Positions 22,074 through 33,059 of a stretch of DNA of 64,000 nt are shown one piece after another. This stretch comes from Saccharolobus solfataricus P2 (GTDB taxonomy: Archaea > Thermoproteota > Thermoprotei_A > Sulfolobales > Sulfolobaceae), in the NCBI RefSeq assembly GCF_000007005.1, contig NC_002754.1; one strand, given 5' to 3'. The position numbers and the translations under genes were made by a program. Numbering within the stretch: the stretch's first letter is position 1; each line of letters opens with the position of its first letter. The notes under the pieces are model-generated. The model did no database searches. It worked only from the letters and a program-made list of their open reading frames with translations, and was not told the origin of the DNA.

Positions 22074-22102
22074 TACGGTGCCGTAATTTATACGGTGCCG
22101 TA
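22074..22102. promoter_or_regulatory. Tandem near-palindromic 12-mers TACGGTGCCGTA between TATA-like box and start codon
   Basis: Copies at 22074-85 and 22091-102. Confidence 0.55.
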
Positions 22103-22105
22103 TAA

Positions 22106-23269
22106 TTGCTATTTAACACGAGACCCAAGGAAGATAGGAAAGACCTATACGATAGGGAGAAGGAAATTGAAATGATTAAGGATAGCATTGCAAGAGGTGA
22201 ATGGATTGCCGTATTGGGCATGAGAAGGATAGGAAAGACAAGCGTTGTTAACGTTGCAGTAAAGGAAATTGGGGCAATAAAAGTCTCTATTAATCTTATG
22301 AGAATACACGATTCAAGAAAGAAGCAGTACCCAAAACACGTTTTAATAAGTTTGCTAATTGAGGAGATAAATGAGGCTATAAAGAACTACACAATTTTAG
22401 GCAAGGTTGCAAAATTACTTTCAAATATTTTAGGCGTTGAGGAAATACAAACTAATAAAGTTAGGGCTAAGTTAACGAAGATTAGGGGTACAGACATAAC
22501 TTACATTATAAGAGAAATGGACTCAATTGCTAGGGATAATAAGAAACAACTTGTGATAATTTTAGATGAAGCTCAAGAGTTAGCAAAGGTGAATGGCCTA
22601 GACTTTCCCTCAATTTTTCACGACGTATATGACAATTGCAAAAACACTGTGATAATTTTTACGGGAAGTATGGTCAAGTTAATCGAAAAGACGCTGAAAA
22701 ACATTGAATACACAGAACCATTCTTTGGGAGATACATTAGAAAGATTACACTAGGGAGATTTTTACCGGAACAAAGTAGAGAATTTCTAGAAAAGGGATT
22801 TGAAGAGGAGGGGATAAAAGTGGACGAAAGCGTTATTGACGAGGCAGTAAAGAGGCTAGATGGAATTCCAGGTTGGCTAACACTATTCGGTTCAGAATAT
22901 ACCTTTAGCGCTAAAATGGGTACTAAGCCTAGGATTGATGAAATTATAGAGAAGGCTATAAACGAAGTGAGAAATGAGGCTAGGAATTTCATATTTTCAA
23001 CGCAATCTCCCTTAAGGTATTCAGCAGTGATTTTAGCGCTAGATAGATTAGGGGGTAAAGGTGAACTCCACGAAATTGTTAAAGTCTCAAGCACAATTTT
23101 AAACGAGAACATACCGGAACCTAGAGTCTACGAGATTCTCAACAGATTGGTTGAATTCGATTTCATAGAGAGAAGGGAAGATAATGAATATTACTTACAC
23201 CAAGATGAACCAAATAGAAAAGGCTTAATTTTAGCAGCTAAAGACTCTCCGGCATCTTATAGTATATAA
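22106..23269 (+). CDS. Archaeal AAA+ ATPase with C-terminal wHTH
   Basis: GMRRIGKT, IILDEAQE, LDGIPGWL. Confidence 0.88.
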   Translation: MLFNTRPKEDRKDLYDREKEIEMIKDSIARGEWIAVLGMRRIGKTSVVNVAVKEIGAIKVSINLMRIHDSRKKQYPKHVLISLLIEEINEAIKNYTILGKVAKLLSNILGVEEIQTNKVRAKLTKIRGTDITYIIREMDSIARDNKKQLVIILDEAQELAKVNGLDFPSIFHDVYDNCKNTVIIFTGSMVKLIEKTLKNIEYTEPFFGRYIRKITLGRFLPEQSREFLEKGFEEEGIKVDESVIDEAVKRLDGIPGWLTLFGSEYTFSAKMGTKPRIDEIIEKAINEVRNEARNFIFSTQSPLRYSAVILALDRLGGKGELHEIVKVSSTILNENIPEPRVYEILNRLVEFDFIERREDNEYYLHQDEPNRKGLILAAKDSPASYSI

Positions 23270-23303
23270 TAATCTTTATAGCTTAGTTATATGAATATTT
23301 CTT

Positions 23304-24605
23304 ATGGGCATCATAGATGAGGCAAAAAGGGGTCAGATAACAGATGAGATGAGGGCAATAAGTAAGCTAGAAGGTATACCAGTAGAGAAGGTCAGAAATA
23401 GGATAAGTGAAGGTAAAATAATGTTGATAAGAAATGCGAAGTACCCCAGTAGAAAACTTGTCCCAATAGGTAAGGGACTAACTACTAAAGTTAACGTAAA
23501 CATAGGCACTTCAAGTGAGGTTGTAGACTTAGACATGGAATTACAGAAGGTAAAGGTTGCAAACAAGTGGGGAGATACTCTAATGGATTTATCAACGGGA
23601 GGAGACTTAGATGCCATAAGGAGGGATATAATAAAGGCATCAGATCTACCAGTTGGTACAGTCCCAGTTTACCAAATTTTCATAGAGTCCTTTAAGAAGA
23701 AGTCTGGAGGAGCGTATTTTACTGAAGATGAATTACTAAACACAGTGGAAAAGCACTTAAAGGATGGGGTTGCATTCATGACAATTCACGCTGGAATAAC
23801 TAAGGATTTAGCTATTAGGGCGTTAAAGAGCGATAGGATTATTCCAATAGTCTCAAGGGGAGGGGACATGATAGCTGGTTGGATGATACACAATAACTCG
23901 GAGAACCCCTATAGAAAGAACTGGGATTACGTGTTAGAAATGTTTAAGGAATATGATGCTGTAATCTCTTTGGGAGATGCCTTAAGACCTGGAGCTACTG
24001 GAGACGCTCATGACGAGTTCCAAATTGGAGAACTATTGGAAACCGCTAGGCTAGTTAAAAGTGCGTTGCAAAAGGGTGTGCAAGTTATGGTTGAGGGACC
24101 GGGACACGTACCGCTGAACGAAATAGCTTGGGACGTTAAGTTAATGAAGAAGTTAACTGGTGGTGTACCATATTACGTTTTGGGTCCCTTGCCCATTGAT
24201 GTAGGTGCACCCTATGATCACATAGCCTCTGCAATAGGTGCGGCAATATCATCAGCTAGTGGTGTTGACTTATTATGTTATCTAACCCCAGCTGAGCACT
24301 TAGGGTTACCAACTGTTAAGCAAGTTGAGGAGGGGGCAATCGCTTATAGGATTGCTGCCCATGCAGGTGATGTGGTTAAGTTAGGCAGGAAAGCTAGGAA
24401 GTGGGATGACGAGGTCAGTTATTATAGGGGGAAACTGGATTGGGAGAACATGATTTCTAAGCTAATAGATCCGCAAAGGGCTTATCAAGTTTACACTCAG
24501 TTTGGTACTCCTAAAGTGAAAGCTTGTACCATGTGTGGTGGATATTGTCCAATGATGTGGGCTATGGATCAAGTTAGGAAGATAGGTTCTTCATCATCCC
24601 TATAA
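23304..24605 (+). CDS. thiC: Phosphomethylpyrimidine synthase
   Basis: [40 protein letters not shown]. Confidence 0.96.
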
Positions 24606-25646
<1,041 letters not shown>

Positions 25647-25718
25647 AAATTACGCTAAGACATTACAGCGTTTACCCGTTGCGTAACTTATCCTTACTTT
25701 TAATTCCGTCACGGGCAC

Positions 25719-25802
25719 CCTATATAGGTTGAAAGGACCCACGTGGCAATGTTAGCTAATACTATGCTTGAAATATGACTGAAAGATTTATTACTGAACG
25801 CC
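25719..25802 (+). mobile_element. 84-bp non-autonomous miniature of the ISC1229-like IS110
   Basis: Left end CCTATATAGGTT fused to right end GAAAGGACCCACGTGG...TTACTGAACGCC; CC cores at both sides. Confidence 0.8.
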
Positions 25803-25862
25803 ACTTTTTAAGGGATCATGCACACTCACCCTTAAGTCATTAGGCCCTAGTCGAGGGAAACA

Positions 25863-27092
25863 CCTATATAGGTTTATTAGTCGAGGAGAGTAATACTCTC
25901 CTCGACTGGGGAAACATGGTCGAGAGGGAAACTGAAGCGAAGTCTTCGGGTAGTGGCGTGACAAACCCCTACCATCGGACTGAACATTGTGATAAAATTC
26001 ACGCATATAGGTGTGATAAAGAGGTAGGGGTAATAGGGATAGATGTATCAAAGGACCATTTAATTACAAGTAGGGGGAGGGTGAGAAGATACGAGAACAG
26101 TAAGAAGGGTTATGAGGAAATCCTCAAGATGAAACCTTGCACAATAGTCCTAGAGCCTACCGGAGTATATGCAATAAAGCCTTCACAATACTTCAAGGAG
26201 AGAGGGGTAAGAGTACTACAAGTCAGCCCAAACGTGTTATCAAGAGAAAAGGAGTTTAGGGGAAAGAAAACAGATTTTTACGACGCAGAAAAATTAGAAA
26301 ACATGGTCGACAAGGCTAAGGAGTACGATTACAACCCCTTAAAGGAATTAGTAACACTCTACCTCTTCCTAAAGGACATAGAGACGAAATACAAGAACAG
26401 GCTAAAGAGAGCACTATTCCTAGTAAGCGATAACGATAAGGTAAGCAAGGACAGGTTGGAAAAACTTGCGAAAGGAGATTTCACACAGGAAGAACTATAC
26501 CAACTTGAATACACCCCCTTAGTACTTGAGGAAATCAAAATCCTGGCTAAAAACCTCCTAGAAACGCAAGAGAGGTTGAAGGAGGTTAGGAGGATGATTG
26601 AGGGGCAAGTCCCTCAAGACCACGTCCTATTAACGATACCAGGTGTTGGGAGGCTTGCAGCTGGGGTTATTATTGGTGTTGTTGGTGATGTTAGGCGTTT
26701 TCCCAAGCCAGAATCATTTGTTGCCTATTGTGGTCTAGATCCCGTAGTGGAGAGGAGCGGGAAGGCTGTGGTAAGTAGGGGGATTTCCAAGAGGGGTAAT
26801 AAGTACTTGCGTAGCTTGTTCTACTTTTTAGCAATGAGGAGTTATTCTAGGAACCCAACCTTATTGAAGTTTTATGAAACACACAAGGATAGGTTGAAGG
26901 GTAAGAAGTTGTATGTCGCTTTGGCTAGGAAGTTGGCAAGGGTTGTTTGGAGTGTTTGGTATAATAATAGGCCTTATGAGCCTAAATAAGTAAGCCCTCC
27001 CCCGAATCACCACGTGGGTTGAAAGGACCCACGTGGCAATGTTAGCTAGTACTATGCTTGAAGTTTGAGCGAAAGATTTATTACTGAACGCC
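25863..27092 (+). mobile_element. IS110-family element, 1230 bp (ISC1229-like), transposase ORF 25916..26989
   Basis: DEDD and YCGLDP motifs; CC core at 25863-64 and 27091-92. Confidence 0.93.
25878..26013 (+). ncRNA. Putative bridge RNA
   Basis: Four guide segments match own flanks and ends (see findings). Confidence 0.85.
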
Positions 27093-27394
27093 ACTACCCT
27101 CCCATCCACACTTTTATCACTTCCCAAACCTCGTGAGTAGTACCCGTCATCAGTTAGGGGGATCATCAATAAAAAATACATTAGTAATAATATATAGACA
27201 TAAACTCACATCAAAACGATATTTAGAATTGATTAAAACTAACTAGTAGTTACGTAGAGGCGTTATAGTCTTTTTCTTGTTAGCTTAGTCAATTTCCATA
27301 AATCCAATTATTATGACCTTTTCGTTTTGGAAGGGTAAAGTTTGGCGAAAAGTGCCAATAGCTAATAATAGTCTCATTTAACACTGCTAAGCAG

Positions 27395-27425
<31 letters not shown>

Positions 27426-27429
27426 CAGT

Positions 27430-29526
27430 ATGACCTTCTCAATAGTCATTTACGACCCAGAGGAAAAAGCTTGGGGAGTGGGAGTGGCAAGTAAATTCTT
27501 AGCTGTAGGAGCTTTCGTACCTTGGTTGAGACCGAATGTGGGTGCAATAGCTACTCAAGCCTTAGCCAATTTAACTTATGGTGTAAATGGTTTATCATTA
27601 CTAGAAAAGGGCTATAGTGCATCAGATACCATAAGAGTTCTAACTGAGTCTGACCCTTTAAGGGAAAAGAGGCAAGTCGGTATTGTCGACACTAAGGGAA
27701 GTGCGGCAGCATTTACAGGAAAAGAATGCTATTCATATGCTGGACATATTGTTGGAAATAACTTCACTGTACAAGGCAATATATTGGCCGGAGAAGAGGT
27801 TCTAGAGAGAGTGTCCCAAGCGCAAATAATTGAATAAATATAGTATGATAGAAAAATAATTTTATAATTAATTAAGAATAAAATATAATTATATCTTTCA
27901 GTATAACGAGAGATTAAGCTTATATTGTAATGGAAAATAATCAAGTATAGAGAAAAACAGAATTTCCAACATAGTCCACACTACCTTGATCAACTCTCGC
28001 GGTACAAGTTAGTGGGCGAGTTGACTCTCCGGAACACGCGATAACACAGAAGTGTAGATGTAGGAGTTGTAAATCAACGCGATAACGTAGACAAAGAACT
28101 CGACCATACCCTTTTCAGTAGCGTAAGGCCTCCAATACCTCCTCAAGAAGATCCCAAAGAACTCCACATACCTCCTGAAACTAGAGAAACCTATCAACCA
28201 GGTCGAGGACTTCCCCACGAAGCCCCTATCCACTACCTTATAACCGCTGCGAGAGAAGCCAACCTTATTGTCCGGAAAATTGGCCAGTTCCACTTGAATC
28301 TCGTGAACTATCATTGTTGGCGACATGAGGTTGAAGACCTTGAAGCCGAAGTAACTCCTGTTCCTCTTCTTTGTAAACTCTCCCTTGAACCTCCTCCTCG
28401 CTTTGCACTTAATGTAAAAGAAGAGCGTGTTAGCCGCCTCCCTGTACTTCCTCTGCCTTAGGTCTAGCTCAAACTTCTTCTTCAATGTTTCCTTGTTCCT
28501 CTTCCCGAAGGGTACCTCGATTAGGAAGGAATCCACGATCCACAGCTTTCCAACCTTTCCGTATAACGCACTGCTAGGTAAGTAGTCGGCAAGTCTACTC
28601 ATCTTCCCCTCCAACTCCTTGGCGTACTCCTTGAACAGAGTCTTTACCTCTCCCCTAAATTTCTTTGCCCTCCTATGGATCTCCGACTTAGACTTGTACT
28701 CGCCTAGGAACCACCTTACCACCACGTCTGACTCGTAGTAGCTCCGCACGTCCCTGTAGGAGCACGTCCACACAATCATTACTATTAACGCTCTCAATAT
28801 GAAGAGGTCAGAGAGACGCGACAGCACTTCAGACGTGATCAGCATGTAGTTCATTTTCACAAGTGTTTTATGCCTTGCTGATAAATGTTCATAGGGAACC
28901 GGGCCGTTGTAGTATTCTATCCAATGCTTCATGTGAATCGGTACTACATCGTCCCGGTTCCCTTTAAGTATTACGCGACTTTTTGCTTCAAGCGAAAATT
29001 CAAAATTTCTCAGTAATTCACGATATCTTTTGAATTATTATCTATAAACCTTTACATAGATTTATTCAATTATTTGCACTTGGGACACTCTCTAGAGGCT
29101 ATGGCAAAGGAGGCAGAAAGTAAGGGCAAAATTTACGAGAAAATTCTTAGAGCGCTAAAGGCTGGGGAAAGTAAGGGTGGAGATAGGAGGGGAAAGCAGA
29201 GTGCTGCAATCATTGTTGTTAAAACTGTTGATAAGAGCGAGAAGGAGATTGATCCCTTGATTGTAGGGAAGTATGTAGACTTAAGAGTTGATGATAGTCA
29301 AGATCCCTTAAAGGATCTGGAAAGGCTTCTGGACTTATGGGTAGCTACTTTTATAGAAGAGGAGATGGTTAACGTTAAGGATTATGAGAACCAAATAAGA
29401 CAAGCATTAAACAAGTGGGGATATAATGATTTGAGAACTTGGGTTGAGATGAATAACTTAGAGGGAAAATATACGGGGGATAAGATAGGTAAAACGGTGT
29501 TGAAGATCTTGCTATCCAAAGAATAG
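27430..29526 (+). pseudogene. DUF1028 (Ntn-hydrolase-like) gene interrupted by IS5-family element
   Basis: MTFSIV...GVASKFLAVG...VQGNILAG; after IS removal the frame reads GEEVLE-AMAKE; continues AGESKGGDRRGKQSAA...DLRVDD. Confidence 0.9.
27808..29091 (-). mobile_element. IS5-family-like element (~1284 bp, ISC1290-like), transposase 28009..28932
   Basis: ~32-bp TIR AGAGTGTCCCAAG.GCAAATAATTGAATAAAT; TSD CTAGAG (27802-07, 29092-97); IVDS, YFGFK and VDRGF motifs. Confidence 0.88.
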
Positions 29527-29751
29527 GTAACTTACTACATTTATGACGAAAACTGATATTTTTATCGAATTATATAATATAAACACTAACAACATAATGA
29601 GATTATTAACTCAACTATTTTTTCCTTAAATCTATTAACTATCTTACTAGATGGCATTTCGTTCTATGTCGAAAGGTTAAGAGTTTAAAAATTAATCTTC
29701 TATATAATGAGAAATAAAAAGATTAAATAATTAAACATTCATCTTTTAATT

Positions 29752-29931
29752 ATGCAGTATAAATGGATTGCCTTAAGCAATACGACAATTGGAGTGTTAG
29801 TGGCTTCAATAAATGGTACAATAATACTAATCTCATTACCGGCAATATTTAGAGACATTAGCATTAACCCTTTCACTTCCTTTCAATACTTATTATGGAT
29901 ATTAACGCTAATGAAATACTTAGGAATTTAG
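29752..29931 (+). pseudogene. Truncated EmrB/QacA-like MFS transporter N-terminus
   Basis: [33 protein letters not shown]..., stop after 59 codons. Confidence 0.7.
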
Positions 29932-29997
29932 TAGACGAAATGTTAAGCGATGTGGAAAATATCCCAGAACTACTACAAGGTTTAAGTAAAATACTTT

Positions 29998-31983
29998 CTA
30001 AAATAGGAAGCTCCAAAGACTAGGACTGCCTACATAATGGTCTAGATAGTTAATTTCAGGCTTCCCAGTATAACAATTTATCCTGGACGGCTGATCCCAT
30101 ACCATACCGTTTCTCACCAAGTTATCCCATTCCTTCTTGCAAAAGCTTAGATCACCGACACCCTTCTTATAAGCTAACCAGCAAATGGCAAATACTAGTC
30201 TAGGCCAAGAGGAGTAAGTTTGAACACTCAAGTTAACAATCTTACCGTTTTCATCAACTAGATTGGGAACACAATAGGGAGAGGCATTACCATTAAGTCT
30301 TATAATACTTTCTAAAGCACTCTTTATCATATTTTCATCGACAATATTTTCCAATTCCAATAAAGTAGTAAACCACTCACCGTATAGTTGGGCAAGAAAT
30401 GAAGCCTTATCAACACCGTCCCATGCCTTGAAATACTTACCGTTGAACATTTTCCTAAACGCTTCTCTAGCAACATTTAACTTTTCATTAATAAAACCAA
30501 CATAATTGCTGTCGCCAACTAACTTTGCAATTTCTCTCATTGCAATTAAAGAAGCTATGAAAAGTGAAGAGGTGTAACTATCATGGCCCTTAATTATGGT
30601 AGCGTCAAATGCGTTATCCATTTCTCCTTCCATGAAAGGCAAGCCGTCTCTACACTGTCTTAACTCCCAATCCATGACTTTAACTATAGTTGGGTAAACC
30701 TCTTTCAAGAAGTCGATATCGTTAGTGAACTTAAAGTACCTATAAACCAATAATATTAAGCTAGGATTCATATCCTTCCACTTAGGAGGAGAAGTAGTGC
30801 CATCAATGGGAGAATCCAAGGAGTGAAAACCCAGATCGTGGGGAACATAACCATCATTCCTTACGTAACTAATCAATAGCTTTAAAAACAACTTCTCCAA
30901 CTCTGGGAACATTAAAATCACTGGTAGGGAGCCAAACTCATAACAGGTACCAATTGTACCTAAATATGGACAATTCTGCGGGGCTTCATAAATTGCAAAT
31001 CTACCCTTCTCATCTAACCAAGTATTGGAGGATAGAATGTATGAACTATTTATTATTGCATCCCTTAACCACTCCTCCTTCACATTTACAATATTGTGAA
31101 ATATATCCTTTCTCAAGTGATCAAAGTTGTCCAAGAAATATTTCGCAATTTCTGAGGAATCCTTAAAGAAGTTCTCATAGTAATGCCCATAGGGGTAAAA
31201 GACGTGTTTACCATTGAAATACCATGCAAACACATATCTCATTTCCTCCCCTTCTGATATTATAATACTTGCTGGATCATCCCTATGACCAGTTACCTCG
31301 TGAGGATTGTCCTCAATTTCCTCTCCCCTATTCAATTTAACCCAAGGCTCCTCGTTTTCGTATTGTGATAGCCAAAAGTTCATCGTCTCACTTGGTTTCC
31401 TCTTAAGGTTGTATTGCGTTATAATATCACTCACGTTGTTTGATATTAACGTAGTATTTCCCTTTGCCGGATCGTAATCGTTTGCCTTTAAGTTCTTATG
31501 AATAACGCCATTCCTTATACTTTCATTTACCCTCCCAATACTCACACTACCAACAATGTTTGGGAAGGATATTGCTACCTTTCCCTCCTTAATACCCTTA
31601 ACTTTTAAACTAATTCCTATTGCAGGTAAGGATGAGTTCTTCAAGTCATTGGGGATTATTGGCGAAAACGCTTCCAATTCCACTTCAACTTCATTACTCT
31701 TTCCCACTACTTTGACAACTGGATATTTTCCCTCATAAATAATTTCCCCTGGAAACTCACTTACCTTATATATTCCACCGTCCTTTTGGAAGATGAATCC
31801 CCTCTTGTCTTTAGGTTTTATGAATACGTGGAATCCTCTTAAAAGCTTAATGGGATTGCCCCAATTATTCCTTATCGTAACGTTGATTATTCTCACCTTG
31901 TTGTCGATTTCCAGTTTTCCAGTGCCAATTCCTCCCAGTGGAACTCCAGCCACTATCCTATCCTTGTCAGTGTATTTAACCAT
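29998..31983 (-). CDS. GH116 beta-glucosidase/xylosidase
   Basis: GVPLGGIGTG, FAIYEAP, GYVPHDLG, WKDMNP, DNAFD motifs. Confidence 0.88.
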   Translation of the reverse strand: MVKYTDKDRIVAGVPLGGIGTGKLEIDNKVRIINVTIRNNWGNPIKLLRGFHVFIKPKDKRGFIFQKDGGIYKVSEFPGEIIYEGKYPVVKVVGKSNEVEVELEAFSPIIPNDLKNSSLPAIGISLKVKGIKEGKVAISFPNIVGSVSIGRVNESIRNGVIHKNLKANDYDPAKGNTTLISNNVSDIITQYNLKRKPSETMNFWLSQYENEEPWVKLNRGEEIEDNPHEVTGHRDDPASIIISEGEEMRYVFAWYFNGKHVFYPYGHYYENFFKDSSEIAKYFLDNFDHLRKDIFHNIVNVKEEWLRDAIINSSYILSSNTWLDEKGRFAIYEAPQNCPYLGTIGTCYEFGSLPVILMFPELEKLFLKLLISYVRNDGYVPHDLGFHSLDSPIDGTTSPPKWKDMNPSLILLVYRYFKFTNDIDFLKEVYPTIVKVMDWELRQCRDGLPFMEGEMDNAFDATIIKGHDSYTSSLFIASLIAMREIAKLVGDSNYVGFINEKLNVAREAFRKMFNGKYFKAWDGVDKASFLAQLYGEWFTTLLELENIVDENMIKSALESIIRLNGNASPYCVPNLVDENGKIVNLSVQTYSSWPRLVFAICWLAYKKGVGDLSFCKKEWDNLVRNGMVWDQPSRINCYTGKPEINYLDHYVGSPSLWSFLF

Positions 31984-32043
31984 GTCTTGTTATTTGAATA
32001 ATAAGGTAAAAAAGGTTTAGAGTTTTTCGTTATTAAAAAATTA

Positions 32044-33048
32044 TTAGAGGAGAGTTTCATAGAAATTCGATATTGTCCATGAGAAGTAGGCTGTACCATT
32101 GGAAGTCATTGTTCCCCATTCCGTACCGAACTCCCAATCCGTTAAGTAATAGTTTGTAATGTTGTAGCTTGCGAAATTATTTAACGCTTTGATGAACAAG
32201 TTGGGCTCATATGCGACGTAACCATTTGTGACTTTCCAGCCATCTGGTCTAAATGCTATGTACTCCCAACCTCCCCATGGGACGTTCTTCATCTTCCACA
32301 CTTGGAAAGTGGCGTTGACTAGAGTGTGATTAATATATATTGGGATTACTACTTCTCCAACTTGTTGCCCAGCAGGCTGTAAATTCTGACTAAATAACCA
32401 GACCATTATCTCAATGTCCCCATTACCTGGAGCAGTTCCGGGACTAAATGCTATTTGAGGCCTAACTATCCAAGCGTCAGACGCAATATCGAAATTTATT
32501 GACGGGTCTAGCTTAGTTAAGTTTATGTAAAACGATACCATAAACGGTGTCATATTGCCTATCCTCATTGGGAATATGTTACCTGCATATGAAGTATCCC
32601 AGGGTTTTCTGCCCACGTAAATTTCCGGATAGCCATTAGTCCACTGTAATGGATTAACTTGCGTTAAGTTGAAACTAACAGAGAGCGTACGAGTAAGCGG
32701 GTTAAAGACCATGGTATAGTTGCCATTCCAAGTTTTAGCATTCCACATGTTCACTTCAAGATAAAATGATGGTACAGTTGAGTTATTTAGATAAACTGGA
32801 GTTGGTGAACTAGCAGAGGATGTAACATAGATTAGCTGAGGAATAGAAGATGTAGTGGGCGTTACTGTTGTAGGTACGGTATTGGTTGTTATGCTCATTA
32901 AAGTTGTGGTTTCGTTAGTGGTGACAGTTATCGATGATGTTTTGACATTAGGTGACTGATGGTGTAGGTAAATAGCTCCACCAATTACACCCACAACTAT
33001 TATTACAATTATCGGAACTATAATGATATATAATTTATTCATTATCAT
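32044..33048 (-). CDS. celS: GH12 endo-beta-1,4-glucanase (CelS/SSO1949-like)
   Basis: Signal anchor, Ser/Thr linker, EVNMWN, GYPEIYVG, EIMVWL, WEFGTE. Confidence 0.88.
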   Translation of the reverse strand: MIMNKLYIIIVPIIVIIVVGVIGGAIYLHHQSPNVKTSSITVTTNETTTLMSITTNTVPTTVTPTTSSIPQLIYVTSSASSPTPVYLNNSTVPSFYLEVNMWNAKTWNGNYTMVFNPLTRTLSVSFNLTQVNPLQWTNGYPEIYVGRKPWDTSYAGNIFPMRIGNMTPFMVSFYINLTKLDPSINFDIASDAWIVRPQIAFSPGTAPGNGDIEIMVWLFSQNLQPAGQQVGEVVIPIYINHTLVNATFQVWKMKNVPWGGWEYIAFRPDGWKVTNGYVAYEPNLFIKALNNFASYNITNYYLTDWEFGTEWGTMTSNGTAYFSWTISNFYETLL

Positions 33049-33059
33049 ATATCACCTAG

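Noticed and set aside
23270-23304. TPP riboswitch upstream of thiC
   Set aside because: Only 34 AT-rich bp of intergenic space and no THI-box motif.
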